Numbered from the stretch's first letter, positions 35,899-45,931 are shown. The stretch is DNA of 64,000 nt from an uncultured Gammaproteobacteria bacterium (GCA_964613815.1 CAZTKG010000006.1:10973-74972), one strand, 5' to 3'. Made by a program: numbers and translations. The notes: a model not told the origin generated them from the letters alone.

Positions 35899-37929
35899 CT
35901 AGAGGGCGTCACCGGTGAGGGCGCATTCCTTCTTTTTCTTTGGGCAGGTGAGAAGGTACATGTGGCCTGACCGGAGGACAACCGTTGCACGGATTTGGAC
36001 CCTGTCTTTGAGGACGCGGATGGCTGTGTAGCCGCCGGGGGGTACCGAGATGTCTTCGCCGGGTGACAAGGCGAATTTGTTTCGGTCGATGTCGAGTAGG
36101 TAGTCGATTCCTCCGTTCGGATCGGTGCCGATTCTGGCGAAGGTTCTGATTTCCTTGACTTCCGTTGCCGTTGTTGTGGGAGTCGCTTCCTGGGTGGGTT
36201 GCGAGACCGTTTGAACTGGGGTTTCGGGAGTTGGCGCCGGAGGCTCTTCCATGAAGAACGTTCGATAGCCGAGGATGACCACGACGATCACTAGAAGAGC
36301 GAGAATGGTGCCTTCGATCCAGCCTGCTCGCGAGCGAGGCTGCTCGATTGGCTCGACGCTGAAGGCGGTTGGGATTTTCGCTGAGCCTGGAGCTGCGAAG
36401 GTCCCCCCTGGGACGCGTCTCGTTTGTGGCCGCTCCACTGGATCTGGTTCGTTTGCGAATTCGATGGGAGTTCTCGGGCCAGCCGGAGGTTCAGCTTGGA
36501 TAGGCGGCGGTGTTGGCGCTGAGATCTCGGGAAGTTCGAATTCGGCAAACGTCTGGTTTGTGTCTTGATCCGTTTGCTGCGCCGGTTCGGGCTCTTGGAG
36601 TTCTTCGATGATGGCCATTGCGCCTGTTCCAGCGTGCTGCCGAATGATGGGTGTTGAGCTACGAACCGGAGCAATCGGCTCGCTGATTGATTCCATCGGT
36701 GTCACGATTGCAGCTGGGGCTGGCACGATCGTTGGGGAGGACGCGGGGATTTGAACCGGTCGCGGTCCTCTTGGGACGTGCGCTGTGGCGGGTGCTGGCG
36801 GTGAGGTTTGCGGCTTGATGTGTGTACGCGCCTTTGGCTGAGGCGTTGCCGCGACTTGAGGTGCTTCTGATGGTGTGGGCGCGCGTGGCGTTGCCCTGGG
36901 CATGCTGATCATCAGATGTCTGGGCGGCGATGCTGGACTGTGGAAGTCGCTCGGGAATTCGGTTCTGGTTCCGCCTGAGGATCCTTTTTCGAGTCTTTCT
37001 GTTGAGGGCTTTGGCGTTGTTGGTCGCGCGCGGTTGATGCTGATGACGCCCTTGCTGGTTCTCGCCTCGATTTCCTGAAGCATAGCTTCTGCGGCTGGGA
37101 ATCGTTTGCCAGGATTCCACTGTGTTGCTCTGACGATGATGCCACGCAATGGCTCGGTGATCGGCTGGAGCTCGGAGGCTGGGAACATCTGGCTTCCTCT
37201 CAGGCGTTTTGGTGGGAGTTTTCCGAGCGCGAGGGCGAGCATGGTCACGCCAAGGGCATAGATGTCCGCCGTTTCGCTGATTCGGGTTGGGTCCCTTGCT
37301 TGTTCTGGCGCCATGTATTCCGGGGATCCCATGCGGGATCCTGCGCGCGTGTGCGCGACACCCATGTTGCCTTGGGCGATTCCGAAGTCTGCGAGGACGT
37401 ACTGGCCATGGTCTCCGATGAGGATGTTGTCTGGCTTGACGTCTCTGTGCATGTACCCTTGCGAGTGAGCGAATGAGAGTGCTCGTAAGATGTCGCGTGT
37501 GATTGCGAGAATCTTCCACTGGGAAAGTGGTGATGCACGTCCCTCTTGCCCCTTTCGGATGTACTGTTCGCACGATCCGTGCTTGAAGTACTGGAGTACG
37601 AGATAGTAGATGTGGAACATCTTTCTCTGTGTGCTCTGGTTTGGCAGGATGGTGCGCTGGACGTCGTAGAGCGTGAGGATGTTCGGGTGGCCTCGAAGTG
37701 CGGCGAGAATTGTTGCCTCTTGTGTGAATCGGGCAACTGATTCGTTGTTGCGGCACATTTTTGGGTCGAGGAACTTCAGGGCGAGGGTGATGTTGATGTG
37801 ATCGGCCACGCTTCCGAAGACGCGATCTTCTGCGAGGAAGACCGTCGACATTCCGCCTTCGCCGATTTTTTGCCTGATGCGATATCGATGATCGGCAGGG
37901 AACTGGAATCCATCGAGAAGATTGGACAT
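35899..37929 (-). CDS. Hanks-type Ser/Thr protein kinase with a Pro-rich linker, TM segment and extracytoplasmic C-terminal domain
   Basis: GEGGMSTVFLA, VALKFL, HRDVKPDNILI, DFGIA and SPEYMAPE. The start was taken at the ATG preceded by aaGGAGAaac (M26 of the track ORF). Confidence 0.8.
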   Translation of the reverse strand: MSNLLDGFQFPADHRYRIRQKIGEGGMSTVFLAEDRVFGSVADHINITLALKFLDPKMCRNNESVARFTQEATILAALRGHPNILTLYDVQRTILPNQSTQRKMFHIYYLVLQYFKHGSCEQYIRKGQEGRASPLSQWKILAITRDILRALSFAHSQGYMHRDVKPDNILIGDHGQYVLADFGIAQGNMGVAHTRAGSRMGSPEYMAPEQARDPTRISETADIYALGVTMLALALGKLPPKRLRGSQMFPASELQPITEPLRGIIVRATQWNPGKRFPAAEAMLQEIEARTSKGVISINRARPTTPKPSTERLEKGSSGGTRTEFPSDFHSPASPPRHLMISMPRATPRAPTPSEAPQVAATPQPKARTHIKPQTSPPAPATAHVPRGPRPVQIPASSPTIVPAPAAIVTPMESISEPIAPVRSSTPIIRQHAGTGAMAIIEELQEPEPAQQTDQDTNQTFAEFELPEISAPTPPPIQAEPPAGPRTPIEFANEPDPVERPQTRRVPGGTFAAPGSAKIPTAFSVEPIEQPRSRAGWIEGTILALLVIVVVILGYRTFFMEEPPAPTPETPVQTVSQPTQEATPTTTATEVKEIRTFARIGTDPNGGIDYLLDIDRNKFALSPGEDISVPPGGYTAIRVLKDRVQIRATVVLRSGHMYLLTCPKKKKECALTGDAL

Positions 37930-38132
37930 GGTTTCTCCTTGAAAAACTGGTGAAATTGATAATGAACGAGAGGAATTCTTATCAGAAAAAATGGGTTTTG
38001 TCAAGGAAAAATGATATTTTTTTGTTTGTTTGCTTGGGTTTTTGGTTTATTTTGGCGATTTGGTTGTTTTTGATTCGTGTGTTTGACAATTTGGGCGATA
38101 TTTATTACAGTTCTGGCCGTAATCTATCTTTT

Positions 38133-38402
38133 ATGTCTGTTCCGAAGTTTCGGAATTCTCGTTCTCGTGTTCGACGTCGTCGCGCGCATCATCATTTGAA
38201 ACCTGTATCGCTCCGAAATTGCGGAAAATGTTCCGAGCCTGTTTTGCCTCATGTGGCATGCAAGGCTTGTGGATTTTATAAAGGACGAGAAGTGGTGAAA
38301 AAAGATGTTGTTCCGGTGAGGGTTGAGGCGAAAACTGAAGAATCAAAACCAACTGAGGTTGTAGCCCCTCAAGAAAAAGCTGCAGAAAAGACTCCGGCGT
38401 AA
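38133..38402 (+). CDS. rpmF: 50S ribosomal protein L32 with a C-terminal extension
   Basis: MSVPKFRNSRSRVRRRRAHHHL...CGKCSEPVLPHVACKACGFYKGR, the L32 signature with a zinc ribbon. The track ORF starts earlier at a hydrophobic N-terminus that is unlikely to be real. Confidence 0.7.
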   Translation: MSVPKFRNSRSRVRRRRAHHHLKPVSLRNCGKCSEPVLPHVACKACGFYKGREVVKKDVVPVRVEAKTEESKPTEVVAPQEKAAEKTPA

Positions 38403-38457
38403 TGCGCTGAGTCTTTTTGTGATATTCTTTAGCCACTAATGTTGAATACTTGATTGT

Positions 38458-39036
38458 ATGTCGAATCGTCATTTAGCCCGAACCATGGCTATGCAGTGTC
38501 TTTTTGAATGGGATTTTCGTCGTGGTGATAAAGAGCGGGTGCCGGAGATTGTGCAGTTTGTGAAGGAGGAGTTTGCTCCTCAGTTTGATGATGGGGATTA
38601 TGTGGCTCATCAGGTCGCGGAAACGATTGGGCGGATTAATGAAATTGATGAGATTTTGGAACATTTTGCGCCGGATTGGAATATTCCTGAGATGACGATT
38701 GTTGATCGGAATATTTTGCGGCTTGGGGCGTATGAGTTGAAATTTGATGAGAAGATTCCTAGTAAGGTGGCGATTAATGAGGCGATTGAATTGGGGAAGA
38801 CATTTGGAGGAAGTGCTAGTGGGAAGTTTATTAATGGTGTGCTTGGAGCGGTTTATAAAGATATGGTTGCCAAGGGTGAGTTGAAGAAGGTTGATTTGGA
38901 GAAGCGAGAAGAAAAAGAGAAGAAGGAAGAAGTGGCTGATGCCGGGGAAGGGAAGGAAGGTGAAGAGATCTCTCCACAAGGTCGAGATGGGAAGGGGGAT
39001 GAGAAAGAGGAGAAGAAAGAATCTAGTGACGAATAA
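38458..39036 (+). CDS. nusB: transcription antitermination factor NusB with an acidic/Lys C-terminal extension that contains a repeat-element half copy
   Basis: [21 protein letters not shown]...[14 protein letters not shown] is the NusB core. The tail ...[12 protein letters not shown]... is encoded by the AGATCTCTCCACAAGGTCGAGATGGG repeat. Confidence 0.8.
   Translation: MSNRHLARTMAMQCLFEWDFRRGDKERVPEIVQFVKEEFAPQFDDGDYVAHQVAETIGRINEIDEILEHFAPDWNIPEMTIVDRNILRLGAYELKFDEKIPSKVAINEAIELGKTFGGSASGKFINGVLGAVYKDMVAKGELKKVDLEKREEKEKKEEVADAGEGKEGEEISPQGRDGKGDEKEEKKESSDE
38970..39002. repeat. half copy of the inverted-repeat element (AGATCTCTCCACAAGGTCGAGATGGGAAGGGGG) inside the nusB 3' coding region
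   Basis: Identical to the reverse complement of the left arm at 17877-17902. Confidence 0.7.
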
Positions 39037-39038
39037 GT

Positions 39039-39731
39039 ATGCGAAAAGATATTGCGGCTTTGGCGAAGATGTTGAATACTCCTCATGTTCCTGGTGGGCA
39101 TTTGGAGCAAGCGGTTGTTCATCGTTCTTATTTGAACGAGCATCCGAGTTTTGAGCTTGGGCACAATGAGCGTTTGGAGTTTTTGGGGGATGCGGTACTT
39201 GAGCTTGTGGTGACGGAGTTTTTGTATGCGAATTATGATAATCCTGAAGGTGAGTTGACTAATTGGCGTGCTGCGCTCGTGAATGGGGTGAATCTGGCGA
39301 AGGTTGCTCGCGCGCTTGATATTGAGCCTTACCTTTATTTGTCGCGTGGAGAGCAGAAAGATGCGAGTGTGAAAGCGCGGAATTATATTTTGGCAAATGC
39401 GATGGAGGCTTTGATTGGAGCTGTTTATTTGGACTCTGGTTGGGATGAGGCGAAACGGTTTGTGAGTGATGTGATTTTGAGTACGCTTCCGGAGATCTTG
39501 GAGAAGAAGTTGTATATTGATCCGAAGAGTCGGTTTCAGGAGGAGAGTCAGAGTCGGATGAGTTTGACGCCGACGTATAAGGTGCTTGAGGAGACGGGGC
39601 CGGACCATAATAAGACGTTTCGTGTTGGGGTTTATCTTGGGAGTGCGCTTGTTGCGCAAGGGACGGGGAGTAGTAAGCAGGAGGCTCAGGTGGATGCGGC
39701 GACGAAGGGGATTGAGGCGAAGGGGTGGTAG
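39039..39731 (+). CDS. rnc: ribonuclease III
   Basis: ERLEFLGDAVLELVVTEFLY (RNase III signature), plus a C-terminal dsRBD. Confidence 0.88.
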   Translation: MRKDIAALAKMLNTPHVPGGHLEQAVVHRSYLNEHPSFELGHNERLEFLGDAVLELVVTEFLYANYDNPEGELTNWRAALVNGVNLAKVARALDIEPYLYLSRGEQKDASVKARNYILANAMEALIGAVYLDSGWDEAKRFVSDVILSTLPEILEKKLYIDPKSRFQEESQSRMSLTPTYKVLEETGPDHNKTFRVGVYLGSALVAQGTGSSKQEAQVDAATKGIEAKGW

Positions 39732-39906
39732 TTTGTTTGGTGTATTTTGACAGAATTTTTTATCGTGGTACTGTTTTGTCTAGTTATGGCAATTGATTTT
39801 AAGAAAACTTGTACGTGTAAGAAGATATCGGGGGATATTCTGTTTTAAGGTGATTGCTTAGAAGAGATATCCCCCGGAATTTCCCTCCGGGGGATTTTGT
39901 TTTGTC

Positions 39907-40938
39907 TTGATGATGGTTGCTTGTGGCGATCGTCGTGAGGGTGAAACCTCTGAATGTTCATTTGAGGAGAACAGCATGAGTGTGAGTACGGGCGCGATTG
40001 GTTCCGTTGAGTATGACCCGGTCAGTGATCGATTCAAGGGATTCTGGACACAGGTTCCTGAGACGGTGGAGGGGGTGTCTGTGGTAATTCGGACTGCCGT
40101 TTTGGCCGGCATGATGCGTGGACAGGAGGTTCGGGATACCTGTCGGTTCACTATGCGGATGTTCGTGGGGCCTGGTGTTCGACGGCAGGATCTTCGGCTT
40201 CTGTATGAGGACTGGATGGGTGTTCCGCTTATGTGCGAGGCGTTCATTCCGATTTCTGGGGATTCGCGTGTCGGAGGGCTTGCGTACTTTGGGGGAAATC
40301 GGTCGCTTCGGCGAACGGCGGGTCGAGATGTCGCTCAGCAGTGGGAGATGTGTGCGCGTGTGAGTGATGCTGTGCGGTTCCGGACGACAGCTAGGGCGCC
40401 TTCTGGACATATGCAGCTTGAGTCGATGGATGTTGGAGCTTCTGATGCGGATGTGAGTCAGCTCGTGGAGCTCTACGGTGTCTGTTACCGCTCGTACATG
40501 ACTGTGTTCACGTGGCGGACGGTTCGTAGCATGCTTGCGGAGAACATTGTCGGGATTGTACGTGATAAGCGTTCTGGTCAGATCGTTTCCGTGGGAATGG
40601 CTGAGGTCGCGACGATTTCTGTTGGGCCTGATGACTGGCATGTGGTTGAGCTGACGGAGATGGCGACGCATCCCGAGTTTGGGGGACAGGGGCTCTCTCA
40701 GCGGATTCGGCACCAGCTTGTTCGTGAGGTTCGTGAACGATTTGGTCAGCGTGTGGTGATTCTCTCTGAATCCCGGGCGAACTGGCCGGCGGTCGTGAAG
40801 GCGAATTTGATTCTCGGCATGCGTGTGGCCGGACTTCTCGATCAGGCGGCGGTGATTTCTTCCAACATGGAGGTGCGGCCGCAGGATGGGAAGTATGGGA
40901 GTCTGTTTGTTCTTTATCTTCCGGTTGTGATCCGGTAG
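39907..40938 (+). CDS. hypothetical protein with a C-terminal GNAT-like acetyltransferase fold
   Basis: VVELTEMATHPEFGGQGLSQRI resembles GNAT motif A (Q/RxxGxG/A). The N-terminal 200 aa are unassigned and the start is uncertain. Confidence 0.45.
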   Translation: MMMVACGDRREGETSECSFEENSMSVSTGAIGSVEYDPVSDRFKGFWTQVPETVEGVSVVIRTAVLAGMMRGQEVRDTCRFTMRMFVGPGVRRQDLRLLYEDWMGVPLMCEAFIPISGDSRVGGLAYFGGNRSLRRTAGRDVAQQWEMCARVSDAVRFRTTARAPSGHMQLESMDVGASDADVSQLVELYGVCYRSYMTVFTWRTVRSMLAENIVGIVRDKRSGQIVSVGMAEVATISVGPDDWHVVELTEMATHPEFGGQGLSQRIRHQLVREVRERFGQRVVILSESRANWPAVVKANLILGMRVAGLLDQAAVISSNMEVRPQDGKYGSLFVLYLPVVIR

Positions 40939-40981
40939 ATGCGTGGGGCAGCTTGTGTAGCTGTCCTGTTTTTATTACTGT

Positions 40982-42478
40982 TTGGTTAGTATGAAATTTT
41001 TGAATGGGAAATTTTTTGTTGATGGGCGGTTTTTGGCCGCTGATGTTTTGGTTGAGGATGGGGTGATTGTGCATGCGGGAGATCCTTCCGTCGAGGGTGA
41101 ACATCCCTCGACTCAGGATGGCTGCAGGGCGGAGGAAGTTGTTGATTTGGGTGGGCGATTTGTCTTGCCTGGGTTTGAGGATGCGCATAATCATCCTTCT
41201 CGGCGGAGTCGGACGTTAAGTGAAATTGATTTGCGGCGGGGGGATTTGGATTGGGAAGGGGTTGTTTCTCGTTTGCGTGATGCGTGTGAGGAGGGCTTAT
41301 CAGCCTGGATTGTTGTGCATGGATGGAATGATTCGAAATGGGGGGTGGAGGTGACGCAGGCGCTTGTTGATGAGGTTTGTGGGGATCGGGCGGTGTTCTT
41401 TTTTCATCATACGTATCACATGGGGCTTGTGAGTTCTGCGGGGATTGCGAAATTGCGATCTGAGGGATGGAAAGGGGAGGATGAGGAGGGCGCTGTTCAT
41501 GAGAAAAATTTTGTGGAGGTTGAGGTGCGTACGGCGCCAGGGGTTATGGAGACGGCGGAGAATATTAAGCGGTATTGTGATGGGTGGATGGAGAAGGGGA
41601 TTGTTGCGGTGCATGATATGTATGTGACGAGTTTTGATCAGCTGGAGGCGTATGTGCGACTTTTGGATGATGAGGAGTTTGTGATGAATGTTTCGCTTTT
41701 TGTGGATGCGCGGTTGTTTGAGGAGAGGGGTCGGTTTCGGGCGTATGTTGATCGGTTGAAGGGGCAGATTCAGATTCGTGGGGTGAAGGTGTTTATGGAT
41801 GGGACGATTGGGACGAAGACGGCTTGTTTTAAAGAGGCTTATTGTTGTGGGATGATTGGGTCGACGTTTGTGTGTGAAGAGGAGTTTCGACGTATTGTGG
41901 ATTTGATGGCGTCTTTTGGGTTGAGGGATGTGGCAGTGCATGCGATTGGAGATGGAGGGATTGAGAAGGTTTTGGATATTGTGGAGGCGATTGGAGATGA
42001 GCGTTTGCGATGGCGACTTGAGCATTGTGAGATGCTTGTGCCGGAGGCTTTGGTTAGGATGAAAAAGCTTGGTGTTGTCGCGAGTGTGCAGCCGAATTTT
42101 TTGTGGGATGCGGTGCATTATGGTGATCGGCTTGGGGATCGGGTGAAGGAGCTTGTGCCGCTTCGAAGTATTCTTGATCATGATGTTTTGATGCCGTTTG
42201 GGAGTGATGATATGCCGAGTGGGCCGATGGATGGGATTGGATGGGCAGTTGATGAGGGGCAGTTTCCGCGTCGGGCGGTGACGTTTGCGGAGGCGGTGGA
42301 TGCGTATACGCGGGTGAGTGCGGAGGTGGTTGAGGCGGGGGATCGGCGGGGGAGGATTGCGGAGGGGTGTGAGGCGAGTTTTGTGGTTTATGATGAAGAT
42401 GTTTCGGGGATGATGTCGGCGGAGATGATGAAGGTTTTGCCTCGGGAGGTTTGGGTGAGGGGGAGGAGAGTGAAATAA
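40982..42478 (+). CDS. amidohydrolase-family metal-dependent hydrolase
   Basis: N-terminal FEDAHNHPS (HxH metal motif), VHAIGDGG, and the C-terminal Asp region typical of the amidohydrolase 3 family. Confidence 0.7.
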   Translation: MVSMKFLNGKFFVDGRFLAADVLVEDGVIVHAGDPSVEGEHPSTQDGCRAEEVVDLGGRFVLPGFEDAHNHPSRRSRTLSEIDLRRGDLDWEGVVSRLRDACEEGLSAWIVVHGWNDSKWGVEVTQALVDEVCGDRAVFFFHHTYHMGLVSSAGIAKLRSEGWKGEDEEGAVHEKNFVEVEVRTAPGVMETAENIKRYCDGWMEKGIVAVHDMYVTSFDQLEAYVRLLDDEEFVMNVSLFVDARLFEERGRFRAYVDRLKGQIQIRGVKVFMDGTIGTKTACFKEAYCCGMIGSTFVCEEEFRRIVDLMASFGLRDVAVHAIGDGGIEKVLDIVEAIGDERLRWRLEHCEMLVPEALVRMKKLGVVASVQPNFLWDAVHYGDRLGDRVKELVPLRSILDHDVLMPFGSDDMPSGPMDGIGWAVDEGQFPRRAVTFAEAVDAYTRVSAEVVEAGDRRGRIAEGCEASFVVYDEDVSGMMSAEMMKVLPREVWVRGRRVK

Positions 42479-42523
42479 AAAAACGACCGTGATGAGGTTC
42501 GGTTGTTTTTTGATGAGATCTCT

Positions 42524-42560
42524 CTACTCACTTCGTTCGGTCGAGATGGGCAGAGGGGTT
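42524..42560. repeat. long-form half copy of the inverted-repeat element (AGATCTCTCtactcacttcgttcGGTCGAGATGGGCAGAGGGG)
   Basis: Matches the reverse complement of the left arm of the 63089 copy (agatctctccattcacttcgctcagtcgagatggg). Confidence 0.65.
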
Positions 42561-42757
42561 TATGATATTAGTTGTACGACGTAGTGGCCGGCTATGAGGG
42601 ATAGGCCGATGAGCATGGTGATGAAGGTGATTTTGAGGACGGCTGCGGCGTCGTCGTCGTCTTTGACGAAGGACATAAAGATAAAGCTCGCGAATCCGAT
42701 GATTAGCGCGACGGGAATAACCGTAAGTACAATGCCTGTGATGAGCATGTATGACAT
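42560..42757 (-). CDS. small membrane protein (hypothetical)
   Basis: 65 aa with two TM helices separated by DDDD. Confidence 0.4.
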   Translation of the reverse strand: MSYMLITGIVLTVIPVALIIGFASFIFMSFVKDDDDAAAVLKITFITMLIGLSLIAGHYVVQLIS

Positions 42758-42838
42758 GTGTCTATGATATCAAAATTGGCTAACGCTATCTATTTGTTGA
42801 CGGGATAAGTCTTGTGCGCTATGATCTCGGCACAATTT

Positions 42839-42914
42839 GCGGCGTTAGCTCAGTTGGTAGAGCAGATGGCTCTTAACCATTTGGTCGGAGGTTCGAGTCC
42901 TCCACGCCGCACCA
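42839..42914 (+). tRNA. tRNA-Lys (anticodon CUU)
   Basis: Cloverleaf parsed by hand. Acceptor is gcggcgt/acgccgc, D arm gctc-agttggta-gagc, anticodon stem gatgg/ccatt with loop ctCTTaa, T arm ggagg-ttcgagt-cctcc, then encoded CCA. Confidence 0.85.
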
Positions 42915-43053
42915 CAGGCTTGTTAAAATGTCCTGAGATCGTCCCGAATCTCCGTTCCTCGACTACGTACTTGTATGTACGTTTTACTGCGGTACTCGAT
43001 TCGAAACGATCTCAGAACATTTTTCCTGCGCCTGTCTTGCTGATTACATTTAT

Positions 43054-43131
43054 GCGGCGTTAGCTCAGTTGGATTAGAGCGTCTGGCTTCGGACCAGAAG
43101 GTCGGGGGTTCGAGCCCCTCACGCCGCACCA
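43054..43131 (+). tRNA. tRNA-Arg (anticodon UCG)
   Basis: The acceptor and D arm have the same first 19 nt as tRNA-Lys. Anticodon stem is tctgg/ccaga with loop ctTCGga, T arm ggggg-ttcgagc-ccctc, then encoded CCA. Confidence 0.8.
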
Positions 43132-43207
43132 AGAAGTCCTCGCATTTATGCGGGGGTTTTTTGTTTTGTGAAATCTTGTAAGATATGGATGTTCTTTTGG
43201 AGGCTCT

Positions 43208-43864
43208 ATGTCTTTGTTCTTTTTTTCTTATCTCATCGACGTTAACTTTAGTCCTGATTTTAAATCGTCTGCGTTTTATGCGATGGTATTAACTCTTGTT
43301 CTTGGTGGTTCTTGTTTGAAGCAGTTCATGGAGATTTTTGAACTTGAATCAGATGAATCGTTGGATTTTAAGTTCTTCTCGTATGACGTTGCCGTTTGTT
43401 TTTGTTTTTTTGTGTTTGGATTTGGATTTGGGGATTTTGCAACCATGTTCAATGGATTGTTTCTCGGGGGGATCAATTCATTGATCGTTGTTGGGATTTG
43501 GAAGTATGGCGAGTTTTCGCTTTTTAGATTGGTTTTTCTTTGCGCTTCCCTTTGCCTTGTTCCTGTCATGGTGTTTATTCCTTATCAAGAAATGATGATG
43601 CTTGGTTTAGACGTTGTATTTTTCATTCTTGCGTTGAGTCAGTTAATTACTCTCTGGAAGAGTGGGCGAACAGGTGCGATGGAAAACTCGATGAATGTCA
43701 TGTATTTTGTTTCTGATGTTTTTTGGGCTTGGCACATGCTCTATAGCGGAAAATATTTTCTTGCGGGGATTATTTGTGCCAACGGGTTGATGTTTTTTGC
43801 TACTATCGTTCTTTGGACTAAGTATTGGATTCGGGAGCGTAAGGCTATTGTTTTGGCAGGTTGA
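43208..43864 (+). CDS. polytopic membrane protein (hypothetical; possibly a PnuC-like transporter) in an AT-rich, compositionally atypical segment
   Basis: 218 aa with about 6 hydrophobic helices. Local GC is clearly lower than the flanks (TTT/ATT-rich codons). It lies directly 3' of the tRNA pair. Confidence 0.5.
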   Translation: MSLFFFSYLIDVNFSPDFKSSAFYAMVLTLVLGGSCLKQFMEIFELESDESLDFKFFSYDVAVCFCFFVFGFGFGDFATMFNGLFLGGINSLIVVGIWKYGEFSLFRLVFLCASLCLVPVMVFIPYQEMMMLGLDVVFFILALSQLITLWKSGRTGAMENSMNVMYFVSDVFWAWHMLYSGKYFLAGIICANGLMFFATIVLWTKYWIRERKAIVLAG

Positions 43865-43920
43865 GGGGCTTGCCTGTTTTTTATTGCCAATGTCTTTCGG
43901 ACGCGTTAGACTCTTTGCAT

Positions 43921-45153
43921 ATGAAACAGTCACATCTTTTTACGAAGACGTCGAAGCAGGTTCCTGCGGATGCGGATAGTGCGAATGCTCGGTTTTTGAT
44001 TCAAGGGGGGTTTGTGAGTCAGCTTGCAGCCGGTGTGTATTCGTATTTGCCTCTAGGGCTTCGGGTTCTTGATAAGATTAAAAACATTGTTCGGGAGGAG
44101 CTTGATGCGATTGGGGGGCAGGAGATTTATATGCCTGCGCTTCAGCCGAAGCAGCTTTATGATAAGACGGGGCGATGGGATGCGATTGATGTGCTTTTTA
44201 AGGTTGAGGGGCATGGGAAGGAGTATGGGCTTAGTTGTACGGCTGAAGAGGTTGTGACGCCGCTTGTGAAAGAGTTTGTGAAGTCTTATAAGGATTTGCC
44301 TGTTGCGGTGTATCAGATTCAGGATAAGTTTCGGAATGAGGCTCGGGCGAAAAGCGGGCTTTTGCGGGGGCGGGAATTTTCGATGAAAGATTTGTATAGT
44401 TTTCATGCGGATGAGGCTGACTTTTTGGCGTTTTATGAAAAGGCGAAGGAGGCTTATTTGAAGATTTATTCTCGGTGTGGACTTGAGGCGATGGTTGTTG
44501 AAGCGGATGGTGGGGTGTTTACGGAGAAGCATTCGCATGAATTTCAGGTGATGACTGAAGCGGGGGAGGATCATGTTTATGTTGATAAGGAGACTAGGGA
44601 GGCATCGAATCGAGAGATTGTTCCTGAGGCGGATTGGGGGTCTGATAAATATGAGGTGAAGAAGTCGATTGAGGTTGGCAATATTTTTCCGCTTGAGACG
44701 AAATTTTCTGATGCGTTTAAGTTTTCTGTTCAGGATGCGAAAGGGAAGCAGATCTCGCCGATCATGGGGTGCTATGGGATTGGGCCTAGTCGGACGATGG
44801 GAGCGGTTGTTGAGGTTCATCATGATGAGAAGGGGATTATTTGGCCGAAGGAGATTGCGCCTTTTGGTGTGCATTTGATTAGTTTGGAGGGGCGCGATGG
44901 CGAGGGGCGTGTGCGGGAGGTGAGTGAAGGGCTTTATGATGATTTGCGCGCGGCTGGTGTGGAGGTGCTTTGGGATGATCGTGATGCGCGAGCTGGTGCG
45001 AAGTTTGCGGATGCGGATGTGATTGGGATTCCTGTGCGATTGGTTGTGAGTGAGAAGACGCTTGCGGAGGATAATGTGGAATGGAAAGAGCGGAGTGGGG
45101 ATGAGGTGAAGATGGTGAATGTGGGGGATGTTGTGGGGATGTTGAAGGGATAG
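43921..45153 (+). CDS. proS: prolyl-tRNA synthetase (short form without an editing insertion)
   Basis: LFTKTSKQVPADADSANARFLIQGGF (the ProRS N-terminal block), class II motifs 2 and 3 (FRNE..R..GLLRGREF; GCYGIGPSR), and a C-terminal anticodon-binding domain. The start is the ATG (MKQSHLF). Confidence 0.85.
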   Translation: MKQSHLFTKTSKQVPADADSANARFLIQGGFVSQLAAGVYSYLPLGLRVLDKIKNIVREELDAIGGQEIYMPALQPKQLYDKTGRWDAIDVLFKVEGHGKEYGLSCTAEEVVTPLVKEFVKSYKDLPVAVYQIQDKFRNEARAKSGLLRGREFSMKDLYSFHADEADFLAFYEKAKEAYLKIYSRCGLEAMVVEADGGVFTEKHSHEFQVMTEAGEDHVYVDKETREASNREIVPEADWGSDKYEVKKSIEVGNIFPLETKFSDAFKFSVQDAKGKQISPIMGCYGIGPSRTMGAVVEVHHDEKGIIWPKEIAPFGVHLISLEGRDGEGRVREVSEGLYDDLRAAGVEVLWDDRDARAGAKFADADVIGIPVRLVVSEKTLAEDNVEWKERSGDEVKMVNVGDVVGMLKG

Positions 45154-45197
45154 AGTTTGGAGAGAAATAAAAAATACGCCTGAGAGGGCGTTTTTGG

Positions 45198-45809
45198 CTA
45201 CTGGAGGTTGATGGCTCGACTTGGGTCGTTGAGTTGGTCAGAGAAGAAATTCCAGAAGGCTATCGAGATGTATATACCGATCCAGATGACTACGGTTGCA
45301 GCCGTGGCTATTGCGAGGCATGTCGAGAGTGGCATGGATATTGGGTCTCCCGTGGTGACGAGTGACCATCCCATGACCGGGGCCATCACGATGGCATGGA
45401 CGATGATTGCTGCGAGCGATATCATCCAGATTAGCAGGGCTAGTCCTACTGTATCGCCGAACGTTGGAGGTTCTGGCGGGATATCTTCTTCGCAGGTTTC
45501 TCCGTTTGATGTCCAGCTTGTCGTGTTTAGCAAGCTCTCGAGTGATGATTCGGGTGGATGCCAGCCGAGAACGCCGGCTCTCAGGATGTGGAATAGTAAG
45601 ACCCAAATGAGTTTGATGCACGATGCGATGACACGCCAAGCGAAGATGTGTGGCGGTGCGTGGGTTTCGGTTGGCTTGGATTTGGAGTGGGCTTTGTAGA
45701 GGTGATGAGCGAGCGACATTTGTTTCTCGTTGAGAAGGTGCTTTTTTAGCCTAGCATTGCATTTTTTGGTGTGCAAGTAATGATGGATGATGTGATGATA
45801 CTGTGTCAT
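45198..45809 (-). CDS. membrane protein (hypothetical)
   Basis: 203 aa with several TM helices. Confidence 0.45.
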   Translation of the reverse strand: MTQYHHIIHHYLHTKKCNARLKKHLLNEKQMSLAHHLYKAHSKSKPTETHAPPHIFAWRVIASCIKLIWVLLFHILRAGVLGWHPPESSLESLLNTTSWTSNGETCEEDIPPEPPTFGDTVGLALLIWMISLAAIIVHAIVMAPVMGWSLVTTGDPISMPLSTCLAIATAATVVIWIGIYISIAFWNFFSDQLNDPSRAINLQ

Positions 45810-45931
45810 GATATTTATTTATGCTTGTTTGGTGATTCGGGATTTTTGTTTGTTGGGATTGTAGCGTTTTTGATGATTGGTCGTTGGGCATGTGACTGAT
45901 CTTGATATCCACCTCTTTGTGAGGTGGATTT

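Noticed and set aside
36659-37756. 365-aa minus-strand ORF in a different frame from the kinase gene
   Set aside because: It overlaps the Hanks kinase ORF (35899-37929) in another frame. It is Arg/His/Pro-rich. The kinase motifs define the real frame.
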